Source: Candidatus Binataceae bacterium (lineage in GTDB: Bacteria; Desulfobacterota; Binatia; Binatales; Binataceae). From it: a stretch of 50,938 nucleotides of DNA. The stretch's first letter is position 1. Each line of letters opens with the position of its first letter. Location: the NCBI GenBank assembly GCA_035533435.1, contig DATLTX010000086.1, positions 1 through 50,938 of the forward strand. The letters are read 5' to 3'. The notes under the pieces were generated by a model, which made no database searches, had not been told where the DNA came from, and was given only the letters and a program-made list of their open reading frames with translations. This document shows, one piece after another, positions 43,536 to 50,938 of the stretch. Both the position numbers and the translations under genes were made by a program.

Positions 43536-43825
43536 TGGCGAGTCTCGCCGGCGAACTTCAAATACCTACTCGCGCGAGCGAAAATTTTAACCTGGTCTTG
43601 GCTACCTTGTGACTGCAGCCCGGTGGAACCGGCCTGCGCGCGGAGTGTCTTGCCTGATGCGATCCGCGCGCCCGGCCGCGAGCGTACTGGTGCGGGTTGT
43701 TGAAGTGGGTCGTTCTCCGGCGGGCTGATCGTTACGCACAGCTCCGGGAAGATCGCTGGCTTCACGAGCCATTCGCTGCGGATTTGCGGGTCCGGGCCTG
43801 GTGAGTAACACGCAGGTGAAGAAGC

Positions 43826-45154
43826 ATGGACGCAAAAGGTTTCGCGATGGCTCTGTTCGTGGTTGGGATCGTGGCGGCGCGGGGCTCGGATGCGCGAGCG
43901 CAAGTGACTCCGGCAGTCGCTCCGTGTAGCTATTACGTGGCATTGACCGGTTCGAATCGCGCGCCGGGCACGCAATCGTCGCCGCTGCGCACTATCCAGC
44001 ATGGCGTCGATGCGCTCGCGTCGGCGGGCGGCACCGTGTGCGTCGCGGATGCCGGCCCTTATGTGGAAAGCGTGACGCTGCGGAACTCCGGAACAGCCTC
44101 CCGATGGATCGCGATCCGCGGTGTCGGCACGGCCCGGGCGGAAATCTCACCGCCAAGCAACGGGACCTTCGCGATCAATATCAATGCGCGGTCGTACGTG
44201 GCACTCGAGCATCTCCATACCAACGGCGGCGAGCTCGGGATCGTGAGCTCAGGCGGCGGAAGCCACTGGTACGTGCACGACAGCGAGATCGAGAATGCGG
44301 TCGGAAGCGGCATCCAGCTCAACAACGGCGACTATGTGACGGTCGAGGGGAACCTGGTCCACCATAACGCCGCGACCTGGGGCAGCTACGGTTCCGGCGT
44401 CTCGGTCTATGAACCGGTTCAACTTGATAGTTCGGCGGGGTACCATATCTATATTGGCGGAAATACAATATATAGTAATTCGAACGCAGTCGGTGGGACG
44501 GATGGAAATGGTATAATCCTGGATACGTTCTCCGGCCACCGATTCAGCGCCCCGTCACTGGTCGAAAACAACATCGGCTACGGCAACGCGGGGGCGTGCG
44601 TCAAAGTGTACGCGAATGGCGGCGCGCCGATACTGGTGCGCAATAACACCTGCTTCAAAGATCAGCAGTTGGCGTCGCGGTACACCTGGCGCGGCGAAGT
44701 GTCGCTCGAGTACGCCGGCGGCGTCACGACCGTGAACAATATCCTGTGGTTCGATCCAGCGGCTGACTCCTCCAATTCGGCGTATCTCGACGGAGCCGGT
44801 TCCGCCAACCTCGCGGTGTCGAACATTTCTTACGGAGGTTCCGGCGCAACGAATCCGCTACTGGTGAATCCGCCCGCTGATATGAGCTTGCAGCCGGGTA
44901 GCCCTGCTATCGGGACCGGCACGAACGCTTACGGCGTTCCGGCAGTCGATATCACGGGTGCAGCGAGATCCCCGGCCTCGGTTGATATCGGCGCCGTTGC
45001 TTTCCGCGCGGCGTCCCCGACCGCGACGTCATCCATAAAGGCGAGCGCGACGCCGATCTCAACGTCGACCGCAGTCGCCACCCCGACTGCGACCCCGACT
45101 ACGACCCCGACTAATTCCATGGGAGGTCCGGCGCGCCAAAGAAGGCACCGATAG
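43826..45154 (+). CDS. secreted right-handed parallel beta-helix repeat protein (pectate-lyase-fold)
   Basis: Signal peptide, then repeated G..I.L....V.V.GN motifs (NAVGSGIQLNNGDYVTVEGNLVHHN, GNGIILDT, NNIGYGN). Thr/Pro-rich C-terminus. Confidence 0.8.
   Translation: MDAKGFAMALFVVGIVAARGSDARAQVTPAVAPCSYYVALTGSNRAPGTQSSPLRTIQHGVDALASAGGTVCVADAGPYVESVTLRNSGTASRWIAIRGVGTARAEISPPSNGTFAININARSYVALEHLHTNGGELGIVSSGGGSHWYVHDSEIENAVGSGIQLNNGDYVTVEGNLVHHNAATWGSYGSGVSVYEPVQLDSSAGYHIYIGGNTIYSNSNAVGGTDGNGIILDTFSGHRFSAPSLVENNIGYGNAGACVKVYANGGAPILVRNNTCFKDQQLASRYTWRGEVSLEYAGGVTTVNNILWFDPAADSSNSAYLDGAGSANLAVSNISYGGSGATNPLLVNPPADMSLQPGSPAIGTGTNAYGVPAVDITGAARSPASVDIGAVAFRAASPTATSSIKASATPISTSTAVATPTATPTTTPTNSMGGPARQRRHR
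45077..45112 (+). repeat. 3 x 12-nt tandem repeat (nCGACCCCGACT) encoding ATPT-ATPT-TTPT
   Basis: gccaccccgact / gcgaccccgact / acgaccccgact, within the 3' end of the beta-helix gene. Confidence 0.8.
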
Positions 45155-45365
45155 CGGAATTGACCGCCCGCCGGTGAATGACGGCGATAATCTCGTACGC
45201 GCTCGACCCGCTGGCGGTGATCACTTTGGACGAAACCATCTGATCACCGCCACCCCGCCTGACCTGGCGGATAGTCTGCCATTTACCTTGACAGATCAAC
45301 GCATTTATCTTACTGACTCAGTATAAGGGGTATTTCGTGGTGGCGGATTGAGGAGACGGTTTCGG

Positions 45366-45394
45366 TTGACCCGAGTGGTCGCGATGCTTATAGT
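45366..45394 (+). promoter_or_regulatory. candidate sigma70 promoter of the isc operon (TTGACC-N17-TATAGT)
   Basis: Both hexamers are close to consensus with a 17-nt spacer, 77 nt upstream of the iscS ATG. Confidence 0.6.
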
Positions 45395-45414
45395 GGACTC
45401 AGCAGGTCCACTAA
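45390..45414. promoter_or_regulatory. 25-bp palindromic site overlapping the -10 box; resembles an IscR/Rrf2 type-1 operator
   Basis: ATAGTGGACTCAGCAGGTCCACTAA has perfect 8-nt arms TAGTGGAC/GTCCACTA. It matches the remembered consensus ATASYYGACTRWWWYAGTCRRSTAT at about 9/10 and 7/10 in the two half-sites. Confidence 0.4.
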
Positions 45415-45470
45415 TTGGATCACCGATTCGCCAAGCGCGAATCCGATAGAGCAGACAATTCGGCAGGCTG

Positions 45471-46688
45471 ATGGTTAAGACTCCCATATACATGGACAAT
45501 CACGCGACCACGCCGTGCGATCGCAGGGTGCTGGACGCGATGCTCCCGTACTTCACCGAGAAATTCGGCAACGCCGCGAGCCGCAACCACAGCTTTGGCT
45601 GGGAAGCGGAAGAGGGCGTCGATAAGGCGCGCAATCAGATTGCGAACCTGATCGGCGCGAAGTCCAAGGAGATCATCTTCACCAGCGGCGCGACCGAGTC
45701 CGACAATCTGGCGATTAAGGGTGTGCTCGAGTTCTACAAAGACAAGGGCAACCACATCATCAGTTGCGTCACCGAGCACAAGGCGGTGCTGGATAGCTGC
45801 CGCGCTCTCGAGCGCCAGGGCAAGGCGACGGTAACCTACCTTCCGGTAGATAAATATGGGATGGTGGATCCTGGCGCGGTGCGCCGGGCGATCACCGACA
45901 AGACCGTGCTCATCTCGATCATGTACGCGAACAACGAGATCGGCACGATTCATCCAATTCGCGAGATTGGAAAGATCGCCAAGGAAAAGGGCGTTGTGTT
46001 TCACTGCGACGCGGTCCAGGCCATCGGCAAGATTCCGGTCGATGTCGAAAGAGACGGAATCGATCTGCTCGCGATGAGTGGGCACAAGATTTACGGTCCC
46101 AAGGGTGTCGGCGCGCTCTACGTCCGCTCCAAGGGACCGCGGGTGCGGCTGACCCCGATTATCGACGGTGGAGGGCACGAGCGCGGGATGCGCTCGGGCA
46201 CGCTGAACGTGACCGGAATCGTCGGGTTTGGCGCGGCGTGCGAAATCGCGGGCAAGGAAATGCCGGACGAGGCAGTTCGCCTGAGCGAGCTCAGAAACCG
46301 GCTCCAGGCCGGAATTTTCGAGCGTTTGGATGAAGTCTATGTCAACGGCCATCCGACCGAGCGGTTGCCGGGAAACTTGAACGTCAGCTTCGCCTATGTC
46401 GAGGGCGAGTCGCTGCTGATGGGAATCAGCGATATCGCGGTCAGTTCGGGCTCGGCCTGCACTTCGGCGACGCTCGAGCCCTCGTACGTGATTCGCGCGC
46501 TCGGAATCAACGAGGAGCTGGCGCATAGCTCGATTCGATTTGGAATCGGCCGCTTCAACACCGCCGACGAAGTGGATTTCGTGTCGGACCGGGTGAGCAA
46601 AGAGGTCAAGCGGCTGCGCGAGATGTCGCCGCTGTATGAGATGGCGAAGGACGGAATCGATCTCAAGTCGGTGCAGTGGAAGTCGTAA
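45471..46688 (+). CDS. iscS: cysteine desulfurase IscS
   Basis: 405 aa. [11 protein letters not shown], the PLP-lysine region [10 protein letters not shown], and the active-site loop SSGSACTS. Confidence 0.95.
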   Translation: MVKTPIYMDNHATTPCDRRVLDAMLPYFTEKFGNAASRNHSFGWEAEEGVDKARNQIANLIGAKSKEIIFTSGATESDNLAIKGVLEFYKDKGNHIISCVTEHKAVLDSCRALERQGKATVTYLPVDKYGMVDPGAVRRAITDKTVLISIMYANNEIGTIHPIREIGKIAKEKGVVFHCDAVQAIGKIPVDVERDGIDLLAMSGHKIYGPKGVGALYVRSKGPRVRLTPIIDGGGHERGMRSGTLNVTGIVGFGAACEIAGKEMPDEAVRLSELRNRLQAGIFERLDEVYVNGHPTERLPGNLNVSFAYVEGESLLMGISDIAVSSGSACTSATLEPSYVIRALGINEELAHSSIRFGIGRFNTADEVDFVSDRVSKEVKRLREMSPLYEMAKDGIDLKSVQWKS

Positions 46689-46712
46689 GCGGAAAATCCG
46701 CGCGGAGACGCT

Positions 46713-47141
46713 ATGGCATATTCAGACAAGGTTCTCGATCACTATAACAATCCGCGCAACGTGGGCAGCTTCGCCAAGGACGACTTGAGCGTCGGCACCG
46801 GCGTGGTCGGCGCACCCGAGTGCGGCGACGTGATGAAGCTTCAGCTCAAGATCAGCGACGACGGCGTGATTGAAGACGCCAAGTTCAAGACCTTCGGCTG
46901 CGGCAGCGCGATCGCGAGTTCGAGCTACGTGACCGAGCTGGTCAAGGGCAAGAAGATCGACGAGGCGATGGCGATCAAGAACACCGTCATCGTCAAGGAA
47001 CTCAACCTGCCTCCAGTCAAGATTCACTGCTCGGTGCTGGCCGAAGACGCGATCAAGGCCGCGATCACCGACTGGAAAAAGCGCAAAGGCAACGCCGCCG
47101 CGCCGGTCGAAAGCGCGTCCGCAAAGGCGCAGCAGGGCTGA
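46713..47141 (+). CDS. iscU: Fe-S cluster assembly scaffold IscU
   Basis: YSDKVLDHYNNPRNVG, GAPECGDVM, FGCGSAIASSS, LPPVKIHCSVLA. Confidence 0.95.
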   Translation: MAYSDKVLDHYNNPRNVGSFAKDDLSVGTGVVGAPECGDVMKLQLKISDDGVIEDAKFKTFGCGSAIASSSYVTELVKGKKIDEAMAIKNTVIVKELNLPPVKIHCSVLAEDAIKAAITDWKKRKGNAAAPVESASAKAQQG

Positions 47142-47152
47142 GGTTTCGCGCC

Positions 47153-47470
47153 ATGATTTCGCTGTCTGAAAACGCGGTCCACAAGATTAAGACTCTGGTC
47201 GCCGACAAGGGCGCCGAAGCCGGACTGCGCGTGAAAGTTGTCGGCGGAGGATGCTCGGGTCTGTCGTACCGGATGGAAATCGACGCGGCCAAAGAGCGCG
47301 ACAAGATTTTCGAGCGCGACGGCGCGCGCCTGATTGTCGATAAGAAGAGTTTTCTCTATCTCAACGGTTCAGAACTCGACTACGCCGAGGAGCTGATGGC
47401 CTCGGGTTTTCGGGTGGTCAATCCGAACGCCAAACGAAGCTGCGGATGCGGCGAGTCGTTCGTTGTATGA
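47153..47470 (+). CDS. iscA: iron-sulfur cluster insertion protein IscA/ErpA (HesB family)
   Basis: 105 aa. GGGCSG and the C-terminal CGCGESF motif. Confidence 0.9.
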   Translation: MISLSENAVHKIKTLVADKGAEAGLRVKVVGGGCSGLSYRMEIDAAKERDKIFERDGARLIVDKKSFLYLNGSELDYAEELMASGFRVVNPNAKRSCGCGESFVV

Positions 47471-47494
47471 ACGAAGGGATGCGGCGGCGTAACG

Positions 47495-48142
47495 ATGATC
47501 GAATGCCCGTCATGCGGACGGCGGCAGGAGCCACGGCTGGTTTGCGAAAGCTGTTCAACGCCGCTCGGCGTTGAACTGGACTGTTTCGCGGCGCTGGGAC
47601 TTCCAAAAAAGCTCGCCATCGAGCCGGGCGCGCTTGAGCGCGTCTATCACGACCTGAGCCGGCAGATTCATCCCGACCGATTCGCGCAGGCTCCCGTGCG
47701 TGCGCGCGACGCAAGCCTGCGCTCGACCGCGCTGTTGACGCGCAGCTACCGCACCCTGCGCGAGCCGGTTTCTCGCGGACTCTACTGGCTCGAACTGCGC
47801 GGCGAAAAGCTTTCCGACGACAACAAGCAGGTTCCGCCGGAGATCGCCGAGACGGTTTTCGACGTCCAGGAGCAGCTCGCGATGCTGCGCGAAGCGGTGC
47901 GCACCGACCCCGCGCGCGCGCAGGCGCTGGCCGACGAACTCGAGGACCGGCGGGTGTTTCTGCTCAATATGCTGAACGATTATGAAATTGCCCTGCGCGG
48001 GAATTTCGTGCTGTGGGATCTCGGCCGCTCGAACGCAAAGGAACTGGCCACGGAACTAAAACTGATTCTCTCGAATATCGCGTACCTGCGCACGCTTTTG
48101 CGCGATGTCGATTATGGGCTGGGGAGTCTCAAGGCGGCCTGA
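47495..48142 (+). CDS. hscB: Fe-S co-chaperone HscB with N-terminal Cys4 zinc-finger extension
   Basis: J-domain HPD motif (QIHPDRF), a C-terminal helical domain, and N-terminal CPSCG...CESC. Confidence 0.85.
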   Translation: MIECPSCGRRQEPRLVCESCSTPLGVELDCFAALGLPKKLAIEPGALERVYHDLSRQIHPDRFAQAPVRARDASLRSTALLTRSYRTLREPVSRGLYWLELRGEKLSDDNKQVPPEIAETVFDVQEQLAMLREAVRTDPARAQALADELEDRRVFLLNMLNDYEIALRGNFVLWDLGRSNAKELATELKLILSNIAYLRTLLRDVDYGLGSLKAA

Positions 48143-48145
48143 GCG

Positions 48146-50008
48146 ATGCCTCAAATACTCGGAATCGATCTCGGCACTACTAACAGCCTGATCGCGCGGA
48201 TGGACGGCGAACAGCCGCGCGTGATCGCCGACCCGAAAAGCGGCTCGGCGCTGTTGCCTTCGGTCGTCGCGATTGCGCCCGATGGCGCCGTGCATACCGG
48301 TGCCCGCGCGATCGAGCTCGAACCGCATCTCAGCCTCGAGAAAGACGGCACAGTCAGCGCGGTCGGTTTTCCGGGCGGCGAGTACGGCGCGGTGATTCGA
48401 TCGGTCAAACGCTACATGGGTTTGGGCGGCGCCGAGGTCGCGCCGGAAGATCGCGCGCGTTACGCGTTTGCCGATCTGTCGGGTCCGGTGGTGCGCTTCC
48501 AGGTCGGCAGGCGCACGCTCACGCCGCCGCAAATCTCGGCCGAGATTCTGCGCACACTCAAAGAACGCGCCGAACGCGCAACCGGCGAGACCGTCGATCG
48601 CGTCGTGATCACCGTGCCTGCCTATTTCAACGACGGCCAGCGCCAGGCCACCAAAGACGCGGGGCGTCTGGCCGGGCTCGAAGTGGTGCGTCTGGTTAAC
48701 GAGCCTACCGCGGCCTCGCTCGCGTACGGACTGGGCAAGCTAACCGAAGGCAACGTCGCGGTTTATGACTTCGGCGGCGGCACCTTCGACATTTCGATTT
48801 TAAGCATCAAGCAGGGCATCTTCGAGGTTCTCGCAACAAATGGCGACACGCACCTGGGCGGCGACGATATAGACGGCGCGATTGTCGATTGGATGCTCGC
48901 CGGCCTGCCAGCCGAGCTCGCTCGCGACCGTCACGTATGGAACAGCGCGCGCAGCGCCGCCGAGGCGACCAAGCAGCGGCTGACCGATTCGCCGCGCGCG
49001 GAAATTGTGCTCGAGTTGCGCGGGCATACGATCAGGAAAACTCTGACCCGCGCCGAGCTCGAACAAATCGCGGAGCCTCTCGTCGCGCGGACTATTGCGC
49101 GATGCAAGCTCGCGCTTAACGACGCGAAGCTTGCTCCCGCCGATATCAACGCGGTCGTGCTGGTCGGCGGATCGACCCGGATGCCGCTCGTGCGCGAGCG
49201 CGTGCGCGAACTCTTCGCGCGTGAGCCGCTATGCACGATCGATCCGGATGAAGTCGTTGCCCTTGGCGCCGCGGTCCAGGCCAGCGTGCTCATGGGCAAG
49301 CAGGGCGAGATGCTGCTGCTCGACGTGGTTGCGCTGTCGCTGGGAATCGAGACGATGGGCGGCGTGATGGAGCGGCTGGTGCATCGCAACACTACAATTC
49401 CAACCAGCGTCACCGAGATGTTCACGACCGCCGTGGACAATCAGACGCATGTCGATATCCACGTGGTGCAGGGCGAGCGCGAGCTCGCGGCCGACTGCCG
49501 CAGCCTTGCGCGCTTCAAGCTCGGGCCGATCAAGCCGCAGCCGGCGGGATTGCCGCGGATTGCGGTCACTTTCCTCATCGATGCAAACGGGATACTTAAT
49601 GTCAGCGCACGCGACGAGCGCACCGGCCGCGAGCATTCGGTCGATGTCAAGCCCTCCTACGGACTCGACGATGAGGAAATCGAACGGATGCTCGAGGAGG
49701 CGATCGATCTCGGCGAGCAGGATCTCGAGCAGCGGCTCCTCATCGTGGCTCGCAACGACGCCGAGCAAATCCTGGCGGCACTTGCAAAACAGCTCGGTGA
49801 GTATTCGCATCTGATCGACGCCGCGGAACGCGCGCGGTTGGCGGCGGTGGCGGAGAGGTTGGAGGCGGCGCGCATGGGCGAAGATCGCCAGCTCATAGCA
49901 AATCTCGTGGAAGAATTGAACGAGCTAAGTACGCCGTTCGCGGGCCGGATCATGGACGCCGCGATCAAGACGGCGCTGGAAAAAAAATCAGTCGAGCAGG
50001 TGTCGTAG
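48146..50008 (+). CDS. hscA: Fe-S cluster chaperone HscA (Hsp70 family)
   Basis: 620 aa. [27 protein letters not shown], and Hsp70 substrate-binding and lid domains. Confidence 0.95.
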   Translation: MPQILGIDLGTTNSLIARMDGEQPRVIADPKSGSALLPSVVAIAPDGAVHTGARAIELEPHLSLEKDGTVSAVGFPGGEYGAVIRSVKRYMGLGGAEVAPEDRARYAFADLSGPVVRFQVGRRTLTPPQISAEILRTLKERAERATGETVDRVVITVPAYFNDGQRQATKDAGRLAGLEVVRLVNEPTAASLAYGLGKLTEGNVAVYDFGGGTFDISILSIKQGIFEVLATNGDTHLGGDDIDGAIVDWMLAGLPAELARDRHVWNSARSAAEATKQRLTDSPRAEIVLELRGHTIRKTLTRAELEQIAEPLVARTIARCKLALNDAKLAPADINAVVLVGGSTRMPLVRERVRELFAREPLCTIDPDEVVALGAAVQASVLMGKQGEMLLLDVVALSLGIETMGGVMERLVHRNTTIPTSVTEMFTTAVDNQTHVDIHVVQGERELAADCRSLARFKLGPIKPQPAGLPRIAVTFLIDANGILNVSARDERTGREHSVDVKPSYGLDDEEIERMLEEAIDLGEQDLEQRLLIVARNDAEQILAALAKQLGEYSHLIDAAERARLAAVAERLEAARMGEDRQLIANLVEELNELSTPFAGRIMDAAIKTALEKKSVEQVS

Positions 50009-50027
50009 GCGGGGAGAGTTAATCGCG

Positions 50028-50246
50028 ATGGAACTGAAATGGGATCAGGCCGAAGAGCTGGCCGAAGTGCTCGCCGAGAATCATCCGGGACTCAATCCGC
50101 TCGATGCGCGCTTCGTCGATCTCCGCCAATGGGTAATCGATCTGGACGAGTTTGGCGACGATCCGCAGGCTTCGACCGAAGCCAAGCTCGAGGCAATCCA
50201 GATGGCATGGAACGAGATATATCTGGAACAGAACGAAGACGAGTGA
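50028..50246 (+). CDS. iscX: Fe-S assembly protein IscX (YfhJ-like)
   Basis: 72-aa acidic protein. LKWDQAEELAEVLAENHPGLNPLDARFVDLRQWV matches the IscX pattern. Its position after hscA also fits. Confidence 0.8.
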   Translation: MELKWDQAEELAEVLAENHPGLNPLDARFVDLRQWVIDLDEFGDDPQASTEAKLEAIQMAWNEIYLEQNEDE

Positions 50247-50293
50247 ATAGACGCAGGCCGACGAGCGTCTGAATACATCGAGGAGGTGGGGCT

Positions 50294-50920
50294 GTGGAAG
50301 AAGCAAGTGGGAGCTTGAGGACGGACCAGGGAGGCAAGATGCAGGAAAAGGAGACACTTGACGAAAAGCTGCCGGGGTTGTTCGAGCCCGACACGCTTTT
50401 GCCGATTCAGTACTTCGAGGCGATGCGCAAAAAGCATCTGCTCGAGGGCGAGAAACGGCTCATCCTGAGCGTGCTCGAAGACGCGATCGAGTGCTTCATG
50501 AAGTGCATCGACTCGGCCACCAACAAAGGGCAGCGCCTGTTCCGCGAGGCTGACGAGTGGATCAGCCACGAAGACAAGCGCTGGGTCTTCTCGTTCGATA
50601 ACGTCTGCGACATGCTCGATATCAATCCCGATTACATGCGCGTCGGGCTGCGGAAGTGGAAAGAGAAAAAGCTGGCAGCGATCGAGCGCCGGCGCCTTGC
50701 GATGGAAGCCGAAGCGGCATTCGCGCTGGCGAATCCGGCCGCAGTGGTGGTCGAGTTGCCGCAAGCCGCACCCGCGCAGCCTGCTGCTTCGCATGCCGCT
50801 GTTGCCAAGCTGGCTTCCAAAGCAGCCAAGCCGGTGGCGGCGAGTCGTCGCAAGCGGTCGCATCGGGTCCATTCGGCGCACGCGGCAGGCGCGGCGAAGC
50901 TTCGTAAGGCACACGCCTGA
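50294..50920 (+). CDS. hypothetical protein (about 195-208 aa), basic Ala-rich C-terminus
   Basis: ORF with a structured N-terminal half (LLPIQYFEAMRKKHLLEGEKRLILSVLEDAIECF) and a low-complexity tail. Start is the GTG at 50294 or the ATG at 50339. Confidence 0.45.
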   Translation: MEEASGSLRTDQGGKMQEKETLDEKLPGLFEPDTLLPIQYFEAMRKKHLLEGEKRLILSVLEDAIECFMKCIDSATNKGQRLFREADEWISHEDKRWVFSFDNVCDMLDINPDYMRVGLRKWKEKKLAAIERRRLAMEAEAAFALANPAAVVVELPQAAPAQPAASHAAVAKLASKAAKPVAASRRKRSHRVHSAHAAGAAKLRKAHA

Positions 50921-50938
50921 TCAAGGCAGCGCGCGGCT

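Noticed and set aside
43090-43590. 166-aa plus-strand ORF in the AT-rich gap
   Set aside because: Odd composition and no RBS. It spans the AT palindrome and the promoter-like hexamers, so it is more likely non-coding regulatory DNA.
43536-43825. Possible riboswitch or ncRNA in the 290-nt leader of the beta-helix gene
   Set aside because: I compared it by eye with the cobalamin, TPP, SAM, glycine, c-di-GMP and guanidine motifs I remember and found no convincing core. A covariance-model scan is needed.
45111-45299. 62-aa minus-strand ORF whose ...SAYEIIAVIHRRAV... segment faintly recalls the C-terminus of ParE/RelE toxins
   Set aside because: It is too short and lacks the rest of the toxin fold. 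There is no adjacent antitoxin ORF, and it overlaps the beta-helix gene end. At most it is a degraded remnant, and I cannot support that.

Overview
High-GC, gene-dense chromosomal segment of Gram-negative type (lipoproteins, SecF, sigma54 machinery). I found no rRNA, CRISPR array, transposase or integrase. Left end: an intact ArdC-type antirestriction gene, then tRNA-Ser(UGA). The tRNA 3' end is repeated 4.3 kb downstream (19/20 nt). The repeats bracket a lower-GC, integrase-less island remnant carrying GNAT, LysE, a frameshifted VOC gene, a frameshifted CGNR zinc-finger gene missing from the ORF track, an excisionase-type HTH gene and AlpA. The rest is mostly housekeeping or metabolic: amidohydrolase, deazaflavin-type nitroreductase, serine hydrolase, tal-pgi, carboxylesterase, GH15, PBP1A, TrmI, an aldo/keto reductase, secF and an iscSUA-hscBA-iscX operon. 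The most coherent candidate system is a sigma54 module at about 22.2-29.6 kb. A sensor kinase, an Ala-rich lipoprotein and an NtrC-type activator are transcribed divergently from a four-gene operon of small tail-anchored membrane proteins (DUF883/YqjD-like, holin-X/YqjE-like). That operon has a near-consensus -24/-12 promoter. A second -24/-12 match precedes a PAS-kinase-receiver hybrid and a third precedes a BON/OsmY-like gene at 19.1 kb. Other notable items: a 1106-aa AAA/TPR protein with a C-terminal class III cyclase domain whose motif Asn is Ile; a TreT-like trehalose synthase beside an internally duplicated unknown protein and a sugar ABC importer; nested inverted repeats plus a dispersed 10-mer (GTCATTTCGA); two small zinc-ribbon proteins ahead of an orphan secF; and an isc operon lacking iscR and fdx but with an IscR-like palindrome over its -10 box. 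All calls rest on reading the translations and DNA by eye. No database search was run.
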